DNA of 64,000 nt, from the NCBI GenBank assembly GCA_018062765.1, contig JAGORR010000001.1, positions 78,638 to 142,637 on the forward strand, given 5' to 3'. The stretch is from Minisyncoccota bacterium (GTDB taxonomy: Bacteria; Patescibacteriota; Minisyncoccia; Phycocordibacterales; Phycocordibacteraceae). Shown here piece by piece: positions 33,819-42,353 of this stretch. Under the pieces are notes generated by a model. That model ran no database searches, was not told the DNA's origin, and was given only the letters and a program-made list of their open reading frames with translations. Both the position numbers and the translations under genes were made by a program. Positions within the stretch are counted from its first letter, which is position 1; every line of letters starts with the position of its first letter.

Positions 33819-34937
33819 ATGCCAAGAACACGTACGAAACGTCTCGCGGCGCACCAGCGGCTCCGGTACGGGGAGAACCCGCACACCAAGAACGCGGAGC
33901 ACCTCGTCATCCTTCCTGAGAAGAAGGATCTCTTTGCGGCACATCGCTTCGAGCAGATTCTCGGTCGGATTCCAAGTTATGGGAATGTCGCTGGTCTCGA
34001 TGAGGTGGTGCGGACGATGACTCGCATCGCCGCTTGCTACGCAGTGAACTTTGGCAGAAGCAAACGCCGGCGCATTACCGTGGTTCAGAAGCACGGCATC
34101 ACGTGTGGTGCGGCCGTTCGCACGATTCCGCTTCGTGCGCCGCCGCGTAAGCGAGCCGAGGTCACGCTCGAGTCGGCGCGGATGGCAATCGCGGGTGATC
34201 CGGAGAGTGCGCACGGCGGCGTCGTCGGAGCGAATTACGTCATCGACGGTGTTGTCGCAAGTGCGCTCCGAAGTCACCTCAATGATTCCAACATGCCTCT
34301 GCGTCCCTTCGACGTCGTCGTTGCCGCAGGGTTTACCAAGGAAGCGGTTCGTATCCTCAATCGAGCGAAAGAGGCGCGTTGCATACTGCTCGTGAATCCT
34401 GCACTCGAACGCATGGGCAAGGGGTCGATGGAGCGCGGGGTACGTTATCGTTTTGTGCGCGGTGGTCTTCTCACTGAAAATGTTGAGACGCCGATACCGG
34501 TCATCGAGGAGGATGGTGGCGCGGTTTACCGTATCTGGGGAAACAAGGATCCTAAGAAGCAGGGAACCGATTACGTGAAGCTCCATCAGGCGAACCTCGC
34601 CCTCGCGTGGGCCGTAGGCGCGGCTCCCGCGAATGCGATTGCGATAACCGGTGACGAAATGCTTCTTGCACTTGCGGCTGGTGATCAGAATCGCAAACGT
34701 GCGGCCTTGCGCGCCAAGCAGATGATCTTTTCGGTGACCGAATTCCTCGCTCCAAAAGCTGCGTACAGCAACGGATTCTTTGGATTTGTGGACGCGCCGC
34801 GTGTCCTCGCGTACGGCATCGACGTCATCATGGTTCCCGCGGGATCCATGCGCGACCAAGAAATCGGGATGGAGCTCGCCGACAGAACGGTGCTCATGCA
34901 GATTCCGCGTGAGTGGCGAAGCTTCGCGAAAGAGTGA
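33819..34937 (+). CDS. stand-alone AICAR-transformylase-like protein (PurH C-terminal half)
   Basis: LRYGENPH motif, KHGITCG and C-terminal SNGFFGFVDAP ... VPAGSMRD. 372 aa with no IMP-cyclohydrolase/MGS half. Confidence 0.7.
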   Translation: MPRTRTKRLAAHQRLRYGENPHTKNAEHLVILPEKKDLFAAHRFEQILGRIPSYGNVAGLDEVVRTMTRIAACYAVNFGRSKRRRITVVQKHGITCGAAVRTIPLRAPPRKRAEVTLESARMAIAGDPESAHGGVVGANYVIDGVVASALRSHLNDSNMPLRPFDVVVAAGFTKEAVRILNRAKEARCILLVNPALERMGKGSMERGVRYRFVRGGLLTENVETPIPVIEEDGGAVYRIWGNKDPKKQGTDYVKLHQANLALAWAVGAAPANAIAITGDEMLLALAAGDQNRKRAALRAKQMIFSVTEFLAPKAAYSNGFFGFVDAPRVLAYGIDVIMVPAGSMRDQEIGMELADRTVLMQIPREWRSFAKE

Positions 34938-34939
34938 CG

Positions 34940-34973
34940 AAAACGGCCGCCCCTCGGGCGGCCGTTTCTTTTT
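34940..34973. terminator. bidirectional intrinsic terminator
   Basis: AAACGGCCGCCC-ctc-GGGCGGCCGTTT followed by CTTTTTT. Confidence 0.75.
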
Positions 34974-34984
34974 TGTTATGCGCG

Positions 34985-35863
34985 CTAAAGTCTAAATATG
35001 AGTTTCGCTTGATATGCAATTTCCTCGACCGTGGGATCAGACCGAAGCTCTGCGTCCGCGATGTGTCGCTTGGCAACGCGCAGGGGTCGAAGAGTATCGA
35101 GCGCCTCTTCTATCGACGCCGCTGCTTCGTGCCTCATCCAGTTTCGCGCGTATTTAAGCTGCAGCTCGAGCTGCGTATACATCTGTTCGATAGCTATTTT
35201 TTGTACGCCATGCTCGGCAAGTGCCTTGTGCTTCCCGTTCACCCAGAGCCCTGCAATTTGTTTGACCGCACCCTCGGATACGCCGACTATCGTTCTCGGC
35301 ACGTCCTTTCTAGCAGGGAGCGCGTCTCCTTGCCGGTCCTTGAGATAGCGTATTTCCGAAAGCTTTCCTTGCTGCAGGGAATCACGTATAGCTTTAAGCT
35401 TCTTTGAAATTGCTTCTTTGCTTGATGTCAGGTCAACGCCAAGTGCAAGAAGATTTGAGCCGCCGCGCGGTCGTCGGAATTCCGCGACCATATCGACGCC
35501 GTGTTTAATGTCGTCCAATTCCGATGTCTTAAGTACGTGCGCATCCCCAAGCCAGCCGTTCTCGCGAGTCTGCGTTATGTAGGCGGCCTCGAATATGTCA
35601 GCGGTCTTCTTCATGTTCGCTTCTTCGCGCGAGTCATGGAACGAAGACTTGATGCGGCGCACGTACTCAAGGTCCTGGCGGACGATATGAGGACCGCCGT
35701 CCATCGTGTGTGTAAAATCCTGCTCTCGAATCGCATACGCCGGGTCCTTGAAGACATCCATCGCCTTCCTATAAGCTGTTTCCATTACCGGCGAAGTGGT
35801 CTCGTGGCGTTCGCGCTGCCTGTCTATGCGCGCCTCCATGCCGCTCATGCTTCCGAATCCCAT
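34985..35863 (-). CDS. hypothetical protein
   Basis: 292-aa ORF, soluble and helical. No family recognised. Confidence 0.6.
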   Translation of the reverse strand: MGFGSMSGMEARIDRQRERHETTSPVMETAYRKAMDVFKDPAYAIREQDFTHTMDGGPHIVRQDLEYVRRIKSSFHDSREEANMKKTADIFEAAYITQTRENGWLGDAHVLKTSELDDIKHGVDMVAEFRRPRGGSNLLALGVDLTSSKEAISKKLKAIRDSLQQGKLSEIRYLKDRQGDALPARKDVPRTIVGVSEGAVKQIAGLWVNGKHKALAEHGVQKIAIEQMYTQLELQLKYARNWMRHEAAASIEEALDTLRPLRVAKRHIADAELRSDPTVEEIAYQAKLIFRL

Positions 35864-35891
35864 ACCTCAAGTATAGCTGCATACCCTAAAG

Positions 35892-35922
35892 CAGAGCGGC
35901 CGCCCTGTGGGCGGCCGCTCTG
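35892..35922 (-). terminator. hairpin after hup
   Basis: CAGAGCGGCCGCCC-tgt-GGGCGGCCGCTCTG with a weak T tail on the minus strand. Confidence 0.5.
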
Positions 35923-35946
35923 GAACGACACACTACACTCGACTCG

Positions 35947-36219
35947 CTACTTCACTGCATCCTTAAGGCCCTTTGCGGGGCGGAACTTCGGCGTGCGGGT
36001 AGCGGCGATGCGGATAGTCTCTCCAGTGCGCGGATTGCGACCCTCGCGCGCGGGGCGCGCCTTCGTGACGAAGATGCCGAGCCCTGCGATAGAAACCTCG
36101 TCGCCCTTTGCAAGCGAGCTCGTGATGGAGTCGATGATGGTTTCCATCGCGCGCTCCGCATCGGCCTTGGTGGAGCCCAAGACCTCCTGCACCTTCCCGA
36201 CGATGTCTGCTTTGTTCAT
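35947..36219 (-). CDS. hup: HU-family DNA-binding protein
   Basis: MNKADIVGKVQE ... GRNPRTGETIRIAATRTPKFRPAKGLKDAV. Start at ATG 36219. Confidence 0.9.
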   Translation of the reverse strand: MNKADIVGKVQEVLGSTKADAERAMETIIDSITSSLAKGDEVSIAGLGIFVTKARPAREGRNPRTGETIRIAATRTPKFRPAKGLKDAVK

Positions 36220-36396
36220 GGTGGTGGATCTTATGGGTAACACCGGGCTCGGCCGGTTACGGGAGAAAGTATAGGAAATAGGCCGTTTAGCGCAATACTT
36301 GCCAGAAAGACGCGTGGATAGCGTAGCGAGCGCGACGTTTCTCAAAGAAAGTCAAAGGGGTGGGTGTTTCTGGGGCGTAAATGCTAGGATTCGGGG

Positions 36397-36957
36397 ATGA
36401 AAATCGGTGTTTCGGGCGCGAAAGGGAGCTTTACGGAGCAGGCTGCAAACCAATATTGCAGAGAGAATGGGGTCGAAGGAGCCGAGATCGTCTACCTTAC
36501 CTTCGTCGAGCAGGTTCTGGAGGCTCTTGAGAGCGGCCAGATAGATACGGGGATATTTGCTATCGAAAATAGCAACGGCGGCGTAGTTACTGAGTATCTT
36601 CCGGCTATCGCGGCCCACCGCTTCCGTATCGAGCGCATCTTCGAGATGAACGTCGAGCACATGCTCATGGTATTGCCGGGCACCAGAAGGGAAGAGGTGA
36701 AGCAAATCGTCTCCCAGAATCAGGCTCTACGGCAGTGCCGCCTCTATATAAAGCGCGTTTGGCCGGACGCCGACGTTAAGGAGTACGTAGACACCGCTAC
36801 CGCCGCTAAGGACCTTCATGAGGGAACCTTGGACAAGGATTCGGCTGTTGTGGCACCCAAGAGCGCGGCAGAACTCTACGGCTTGGAGATCCTTGAGGCA
36901 AGCATTCAGGACCTGAAGTTCAACTTCACCACCTTCATCGTCGCTAAACAGGCGTAA
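36397..36957 (+). CDS. prephenate dehydratase domain protein (no ACT domain)
   Basis: KIGVSGAKGSFTEQAA, AIENSNGGVV and TTFIV in a PDT-like arrangement; 186 aa. Confidence 0.65.
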   Translation: MKIGVSGAKGSFTEQAANQYCRENGVEGAEIVYLTFVEQVLEALESGQIDTGIFAIENSNGGVVTEYLPAIAAHRFRIERIFEMNVEHMLMVLPGTRREEVKQIVSQNQALRQCRLYIKRVWPDADVKEYVDTATAAKDLHEGTLDKDSAVVAPKSAAELYGLEILEASIQDLKFNFTTFIVAKQA

Positions 36958-36980
36958 GAAAGGCCCCGCAGGGGGCCTTT
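36958..36980. terminator. bidirectional hairpin terminator
   Basis: AAAGGCCCC-gca-GGGGGCCTTT. Confidence 0.6.
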
Positions 36981-36983
36981 CTG

Positions 36984-38513
36984 CTAGCGAGCGAACTCCA
37001 CGACGCGGTTTTCGCGGATGACGTTTACCTTTATCTCGCCCGGATACTTCAATTCCTCCTGGATGCGCTCGGCTATCGCGCGTGCGAGCTTGTGGGTGTC
37101 GATATCAGAAATCTTTCCTGGATTCACGAAGACGCGTATCTCGCGGCCCGCCTGTATCGCATATACCTTCTCGACGCCAGGGAAGGAAAGGGCGATACGC
37201 TCGAGGTCGCCGAGACGCTCGAGATAGCGCTCTACGGTGTCGCGACGCGCACCGGGGCGTCCGCCTGAAACGGCGTCCGCAACCTGCACAATCATCGACT
37301 CAGGAGTCTCGTACGGATATTCCTCGTGATGGGACTGCATCGCCTGGATGACGCGCTTATCGATACCGAATTTCTCGAGGATGCGGCGGCCTATCTCCAC
37401 ATGCGTGCCCTGCACCTCATGGTCTACGGCTTTTCCGATGTCGTGAAGCAAAGCGCCTGTCTTCGCGATAGTGACGTCAGCACCGAGCTCCTCTGCGAGC
37501 ATGCCCGCGATATGCGCCATCTCTATAGAGTGCTGCAGAACGTTCTGTCCGTAGCTCGTACGGAAGTGGAGCCGGCCGAGGAGTGCGGTGACTTTTGGAT
37601 CGAGTCCCACAACGCCCGCCTCGTACGCAGCTTCCTCGCCCTTCTGCTTTACGATGTCGTTCACTTCCTGCTTGGTCTTCTCGACCGCCTCCTCGATCTT
37701 CGCGGGCTGTATGCGGCCGTCGAGGATAAGCTTTTCGAGTGCAATTTTTGCAATGTGGCGGCGAAGCGGGTCAAAGGACGAGAGCGTAATCTTGTCCGGT
37801 TGGTCATCGATAAGCACATCAACGCCAGTCGCACGCTCGAACGCCTTGATGTTGCGTCCTTCCTTGCCGATGATCTTCCCCTTCACTTCTTCCGAAGGGA
37901 TTTGGACGGAAAGCGTCGTTACGTCAGCGTTCACGGCGCTTCCGAGACGGTGGATGACGGAGGTTAGGATGGTGCGGGCCTTATCCTCGAGGCGCTCGCG
38001 TCCGCCAGCCTCCAGTTTCTGGATGCGCGCGAGGATAGAGTCCTCGTATGCGCGTTCGATGTCTTTCATCAAGAGCTCCTTGGCTGCTGTTTCCGAGAGA
38101 CGTGCGAACTTCGTGAGTTCCGAGACGCGCTCAGCGATGAGTTCCTCTGCCTCGCGACGCTTCCTGGCAGCCTCGTTCTCGCGGCTCTTAAGCTCGTCCA
38201 TGGACTCTGCTAAGGAACGCTCCCGATCGTCGAGGAATTCCTCTTTCTTCGTAAGGCGGTCCTCAATCTTCTCCAGTTTCTGCTTCTCCTCTTCAAGTGG
38301 TGCTAGGCGCTCGTCAGCGAGCTTTTCGGCGCGCTCCTCAGCTTCCTTCAAAAGGCGCTGTGCTTTCTCGCGAGCTTCGAGCATCTTCTGTTTAATCTCC
38401 AATTCCAAAGAGCCCCGCTGTCCGAGCGCGATGAGGAGGCGAAGCACGTAACCGAGCGCGATTCCGGCAAGGCCGGAGAACGCGAGGAGGATGAACACGA
38501 GTTTTATAGACAT
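36984..38513 (-). CDS. rny: ribonuclease Y
   Basis: N-terminal TM helix, coiled coil, KH (GKIIGKEGRNIKAFE) and HD (LLHDIGKA). Confidence 0.9.
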   Translation of the reverse strand: MSIKLVFILLAFSGLAGIALGYVLRLLIALGQRGSLELEIKQKMLEAREKAQRLLKEAEERAEKLADERLAPLEEEKQKLEKIEDRLTKKEEFLDDRERSLAESMDELKSRENEAARKRREAEELIAERVSELTKFARLSETAAKELLMKDIERAYEDSILARIQKLEAGGRERLEDKARTILTSVIHRLGSAVNADVTTLSVQIPSEEVKGKIIGKEGRNIKAFERATGVDVLIDDQPDKITLSSFDPLRRHIAKIALEKLILDGRIQPAKIEEAVEKTKQEVNDIVKQKGEEAAYEAGVVGLDPKVTALLGRLHFRTSYGQNVLQHSIEMAHIAGMLAEELGADVTIAKTGALLHDIGKAVDHEVQGTHVEIGRRILEKFGIDKRVIQAMQSHHEEYPYETPESMIVQVADAVSGGRPGARRDTVERYLERLGDLERIALSFPGVEKVYAIQAGREIRVFVNPGKISDIDTHKLARAIAERIQEELKYPGEIKVNVIRENRVVEFAR

Positions 38514-38659
38514 AGCCCTTTAGAAGCTCCTTCCGCAGCGATAGAGCATCCGAGTCATCCGTACGGCCTAGGAAGGAGGAAATCGATCAAATAAAGCACC
38601 CGAACCTACCCTTTGTACCGGGTTACATTGCCACAAAATGCGGCTTGCGGCGAGCATAA

Positions 38660-38688
38660 TTGACTTACTGTACTTTATATGCTATTAT
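38660..38688 (+). promoter_or_regulatory. sigma70-type promoter for lipoprotein gene
   Basis: TTGACT, 17-nt spacer, TATTAT (a TATAAT lies 3 nt further on). Confidence 0.5.
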
Positions 38689-38748
38689 AATCTCAGGAAC
38701 AAGCGACTCATCGGGAGTTGTCAGCGTCCTTACGAGAAGGATTTATAG

Positions 38749-39033
38749 ATGAAGAAGATTCTGTATGCGGCGGCGCTCCTCGCGACGTTCGCTGCGGCTG
38801 GCTGCACCGAACAGGAGCGCGTCAAGGCGTTTGGCGGCACGATGACGCTCGAGATCCCGGCCTGCGTCAAACTCGTCAACATGACGTGGAAGGAGACGAA
38901 TCTCTGGTACCTCACGCGGCCGCTGAAGGCCGGCGAGGTGACCGAGACGCACAGCTTCAATGAGTCGAGCAGTTTCGGCACCTTCGAGGGCACGATCCAC
39001 GTGGTCGAGCGCCGCGACAAGACCTGCCCGTAA
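38749..39033 (+). CDS. small lipoprotein
   Basis: Signal plus lipobox LATFAAAGC; 94 aa. Confidence 0.65.
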   Translation: MKKILYAAALLATFAAAGCTEQERVKAFGGTMTLEIPACVKLVNMTWKETNLWYLTRPLKAGEVTETHSFNESSSFGTFEGTIHVVERRDKTCP

Positions 39034-39051
39034 GCCAGCTCATAGACGCCA

Positions 39052-39087
39052 AACGGCCCGCACATATGTGCGGGCCGTTATCTTTTT
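39052..39087. terminator. bidirectional intrinsic terminator
   Basis: AACGGCCCGCACAT/ATGTGCGGGCCGTT palindrome followed by ATCTTTTT. Confidence 0.75.
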
Positions 39088-39097
39088 GAGTCTTGGC

Positions 39098-39697
39098 TTA
39101 AGAGAAAACCTTGTCGACGATGCCGTACTTCTTCGACTCGTCCGCCGTCATGAAGAAGTCGCGCTCGACATCCTTCTCAATCTTCGCAAGAGGTTGCCCG
39201 GTGGCTTTAGAGAGAATCTTATTAAGGCGGTCACGGGTCGCAAGGATGTGACGCGCCGTAAGCTCGATGTCGGTCGCCTGACCCTCTGCGCCGCCTGAAG
39301 GCTGGTGAATCATCACCTCTGCGTTTGGGAGCGCGAAGCGTTTACCCTTCTCGCCGCCGGCGAGGAGCACTGCGGCGCCTGAAGCTGCGAGTCCGACCGC
39401 CACCGTCGAAACCTGCGGCTTCACATGGTTCATGGTGTCGAGCATCGCCAAGGTTGCCGTTACCGAGCCACCTGGAGAATTGATGTAAAGCGAAATATCC
39501 TTCTTCGGGTCTTCAGCCTCAAGGAATAGGAGCTGCGCAATGACGAGGTTCGCGACGTCGTCATGTATGGGGCCGCCGAGGAATACGATGCGCTCCCGGA
39601 GGAGGCGCGAGTAGATGTCGTAGGCGCGCTCGCCGAACTGCGACTTCTCGATAACCATCGGGACGAGCATGGATGCCTGCGGGGTTATGTGCTTCAT
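39098..39697 (-). CDS. clpP: ATP-dependent Clp protease proteolytic subunit
   Basis: [15 protein letters not shown] (active Ser) and MIHQPSGG (His). Confidence 0.9.
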   Translation of the reverse strand: MKHITPQASMLVPMVIEKSQFGERAYDIYSRLLRERIVFLGGPIHDDVANLVIAQLLFLEAEDPKKDISLYINSPGGSVTATLAMLDTMNHVKPQVSTVAVGLAASGAAVLLAGGEKGKRFALPNAEVMIHQPSGGAEGQATDIELTARHILATRDRLNKILSKATGQPLAKIEKDVERDFFMTADESKKYGIVDKVFS

Positions 39698-39895
39698 AGT
39701 GAACGCAGCCTATCAAAAAAGGGCGCTCGCATCAATTCTTGCGGGAGCACGCGTTCCGTCATTCCAGCGATGACGGCCGCTCTCTCTCATCGGCGTGACT
39801 CGCAAAACGGCCTCCAAACTGTTTTGCTCGTGCCAAGCCACGCCTCTTCCGAGAGTCTCCCTCAGAATCGATGCTCGCTAAGAAGCAGAGTCGCG

Positions 39896-40051
39896 CTAGA
39901 AAGTCTGGCTTTCTGCTGCAGGGGTCGGAAGAGGAGCCTTACGCTTTTCGATTCGTTCGCCCCAGACGTAGAAGGCACCGATGACGACGATGGCGAGGAT
40001 GAGAAAGATGGAGATGAGTGCACCGTACGACGCGTTCTTCTTTGGGGGCAT
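39896..40051 (-). CDS. possible 51-aa single-TM protein
   Basis: MPPKKNASYGALISIFLILAIVVIGAFYVWGE... from ATG 40051. The upstream part of the tracked ORF is heptamer-repeat DNA. Confidence 0.35.
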   Translation of the reverse strand: MPPKKNASYGALISIFLILAIVVIGAFYVWGERIEKRKAPLPTPAAESQTF

Positions 40052-40054
40052 ATG

Positions 40055-40089
40055 AATACAGGGTACAGCGTACAGGTTACAGCGTACAG
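40055..40089. repeat. 7-nt periodic tract
   Basis: AATACAG GGTACAG CGTACAG GTTACAG CGTACAG. Confidence 0.85.
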
Positions 40090-40095
40090 TGGAAA

Positions 40096-40124
40096 ACGAA
40101 CAAACGCCGCGATGCGACGTTTGT
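40096..40124 (-). terminator. ppa terminator hairpin
   Basis: GAACAAACG-N11-CGTTTGTTC followed by GTTTTCC on the minus strand. Confidence 0.6.
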
Positions 40125-40127
40125 TCC

Positions 40128-40155
40128 TGACAGCTAAAAGCTAGAAGCTGTAAGC
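40128..40155. repeat. 7-nt periodic tract
   Basis: TGACAGC TAAAAGC TAGAAGC TGTAAGC. Confidence 0.85.
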
Positions 40156-40673
40156 TATTTTGACGTGTCGTACATCTCGCGCGAGCGCAGGAATGCGGCT
40201 TCTGCGTCACTCTTGCCGCCGAACCCGTTTACCTCAACCACTTTGTTCTGAAGTTTCTTATAGGTGGAGTAGAAGTGCTCGATTTCCTTAAGCGTGTGCT
40301 TATTGATGTCGCCAAGGTCTTTCATTTCCGCAAAGCGCGGATCGCCCACAGGAACCGCAATGACCTTATCGTCTTTATCACCACTGTCGACCATATTGAG
40401 GAGCGCGATAGGTCGCGCACGTACCATGATGCCAGGGAGAAGGGGATGGGTCGTAAGTAGGATGACGTCGAGGGCGTCACCATCGTCCCAGAGGGTCTGC
40501 GGCACGAAGCCGTAGTCAAACGGGAAGTCCTGCGCCGTGTGCGCAACGCGATCGAGCGCGATGATGCCCGTCTCTTTGTCTATCTCATACTTATTCTTCG
40601 AGCCCTTGTTAATCTCGACGATGACGGTCATCTCGTCTTTGGTTCCCGGGTCAATGTCGTGAAGCAGGTTCAT
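40155..40673 (-). CDS. ppa: inorganic pyrophosphatase (family I)
   Basis: KYEIDKETGIIALDRV ... DGDALDVILL. Start at ATG 40673. Confidence 0.9.
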   Translation of the reverse strand: MNLLHDIDPGTKDEMTVIVEINKGSKNKYEIDKETGIIALDRVAHTAQDFPFDYGFVPQTLWDDGDALDVILLTTHPLLPGIMVRARPIALLNMVDSGDKDDKVIAVPVGDPRFAEMKDLGDINKHTLKEIEHFYSTYKKLQNKVVEVNGFGGKSDAEAAFLRSREMYDTSK

Positions 40674-40680
40674 ATAAGAG

Positions 40681-40715
40681 ATAGCGTATAGCTGACAGCG
40701 TGCGGCGTACAGGGG
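40681..40715. repeat. 7-nt periodic tract filling nusA-ppa spacer
   Basis: ATAGCGT ATAGCTG ACAGCGT GCGGCGT ACAGGGG. Confidence 0.85.
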
Positions 40716-40716
40716 A

Positions 40717-42141
40717 TTACTCGTCGCGGCTTTCTGCGACGTCAGAGGCCGACTCGTTTCCTTCGTCTGCGACGGTGGTCTCCTCCTCAGCAGCAAGAGT
40801 GGTGTGCTCCTTAGGTGCCTCGAGTGACTCCTCTGCGTCCGCGCTTTCAGCGCCGATGTCGGTCGCGTCTACAGGAGTTGCGGTCTCAACCATCGCTTCC
40901 GTCATCTCCTCTTTTCCGGCGTCGGCTGCCTCGTCGATAGAAGGCGCAGGAGCCGCTTCGGGTGCTACATTGGCTGCCTCAGCGCCGGCATCTGCGACTT
41001 CCGTACCGCCCGACGAGATGATGTCGATGTTCCACCCAGTGAGCTTTGCGGCAAGGCGTACGTTCTGCCCGCCGCGACCGATGGCAAGGGACTGCTGATC
41101 GTCGGAAACCGATACCTTCGCGCGCTTCTCTTCCTCGTTAAGCTCGATTTCAAGGACGGATGCGGGAGAGAGTGCTTCTTTGATGAACGCGGACTGGTCC
41201 TCGCTCCACTCGATGATGTCGATGCGCTCGCCGCCGAGTGCCGCCATGACGGTTGAAACGCGCACGCCGCGCTGACCGACGAGGGATCCGACAGGGTCGA
41301 CATGAGGGTCGACAGATGCGACTGCAATCTTCGTGCGGCTTCCAGGCTCGCGTGCGATGCTCTTCACTTCGATGGCGCCCGAAGCGAGTTCTGGTACTTC
41401 CATTTCAAACAACTGCACCAAAAAGCGTGGGTGGCTGCGCGAGAGGCGGAGGAATACGCCGCGGAAGCCCTCATCTACCGCGTAAAGATACGCGCGGATG
41501 CGCTCCCCGGGACGATACCGCTCACCAGGAATCTGCTCCTCATACGGGATGATGCCGGTTGCACGGCCGAGGTCGACGAATATCGCGCCGCGCTCCATGC
41601 GCTGCACGATTCCGGAAATTATCTCGCCCTTCTTGTGGCCGAACTCCTCAAGTATGGACATCTTCTCCGCTTCGCGGATTTTCTGGATAACGACCTGCTT
41701 TGCAGTTTGTGCGGCGATGCGGCCGAAATCGTCCTGGGGCTCAAGAGGGAAGATAATCTCCTCGCCCAAGGTTGCGGTGCGGCGGATACGCTTCGCGTCA
41801 TCAAGAAGCATGTGCTTCTCGGCGTTGTAGCGGGGGAGCTCGCCCTCAGGGACGACCTCCTCGCGCTCACGACCAAAATGGTGCTCAGGCTCGGGAGTAA
41901 ACTCCTCGCCTTCCTCGGGGAAACGCACCATCGTCTCATCGACGACAGACTTCACCTGCTCGAAGGAGACGGTGCCGGTGTCCATATCAACCTTGGCACG
42001 CACGACCTGGTCGCGCTTTCCGTACTCTTTCTTATATGCGGTGGCCATCGCGGTTTCGATAGCCTCAATCATCGTTTCCTTCGTGATACCGCGGTCTTCG
42101 AACTCTCCGAGCACTGAGTGAATAGTTTTGAGATCCAACAT
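40717..42141 (-). CDS. nusA: transcription termination/antitermination factor NusA with acidic tail
   Basis: N-terminal NusA domain, S1 (GEIISGIVQRMERGAIFVDLG), KH repeats and a ~90-aa Asp/Glu/Ala-rich C-terminus. Confidence 0.9.
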   Translation of the reverse strand: MLDLKTIHSVLGEFEDRGITKETMIEAIETAMATAYKKEYGKRDQVVRAKVDMDTGTVSFEQVKSVVDETMVRFPEEGEEFTPEPEHHFGREREEVVPEGELPRYNAEKHMLLDDAKRIRRTATLGEEIIFPLEPQDDFGRIAAQTAKQVVIQKIREAEKMSILEEFGHKKGEIISGIVQRMERGAIFVDLGRATGIIPYEEQIPGERYRPGERIRAYLYAVDEGFRGVFLRLSRSHPRFLVQLFEMEVPELASGAIEVKSIAREPGSRTKIAVASVDPHVDPVGSLVGQRGVRVSTVMAALGGERIDIIEWSEDQSAFIKEALSPASVLEIELNEEEKRAKVSVSDDQQSLAIGRGGQNVRLAAKLTGWNIDIISSGGTEVADAGAEAANVAPEAAPAPSIDEAADAGKEEMTEAMVETATPVDATDIGAESADAEESLEAPKEHTTLAAEEETTVADEGNESASDVAESRDE

Positions 42142-42283
42142 AGTCCTATATTTAGTTGTAGTCGCACATATTAAGTTTTCGCTTCTTCAGTATGTCCTAC
42201 CTGCGTGATTCCTAAAAAGAAAATCCGCCAAGCGGACATTCAGTACCCGTAACGTACCACGCTGAGCCTGTTGCGTCAATGAA

Positions 42284-42322
42284 GCTATATAAAGAAAGCG
42301 CCCCGGCATAGTGCCGAGGCGC
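42284..42322 (-). terminator. intrinsic terminator of RTX gene
   Basis: GCGCCtCGGCA-cta-TGCCGgGGCGC followed by TTTCTTTATAT on the minus strand. Confidence 0.65.
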
Positions 42323-42353
42323 GAAGTTGGGTAAAGAACTCAGTCGTGAGGGG

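Noticed and set aside
33780-34859. 359-aa minus-strand ORF opposite the PurH-like gene.
   Set aside because: It has no recognisable motifs and an Arg-rich composition typical of antisense frames. The plus frame carries LRYGENPH and other PurH signatures.
34940-35922. Near-identical hairpin cores CGGCCGCCC-N3-GGGCGGCCG on both sides of gene 34985..35863, considered as cassette boundaries.
   Set aside because: Both sit where ordinary terminators are expected (the convergent gene pair; downstream of hup). Shared GC cores are common among terminators.
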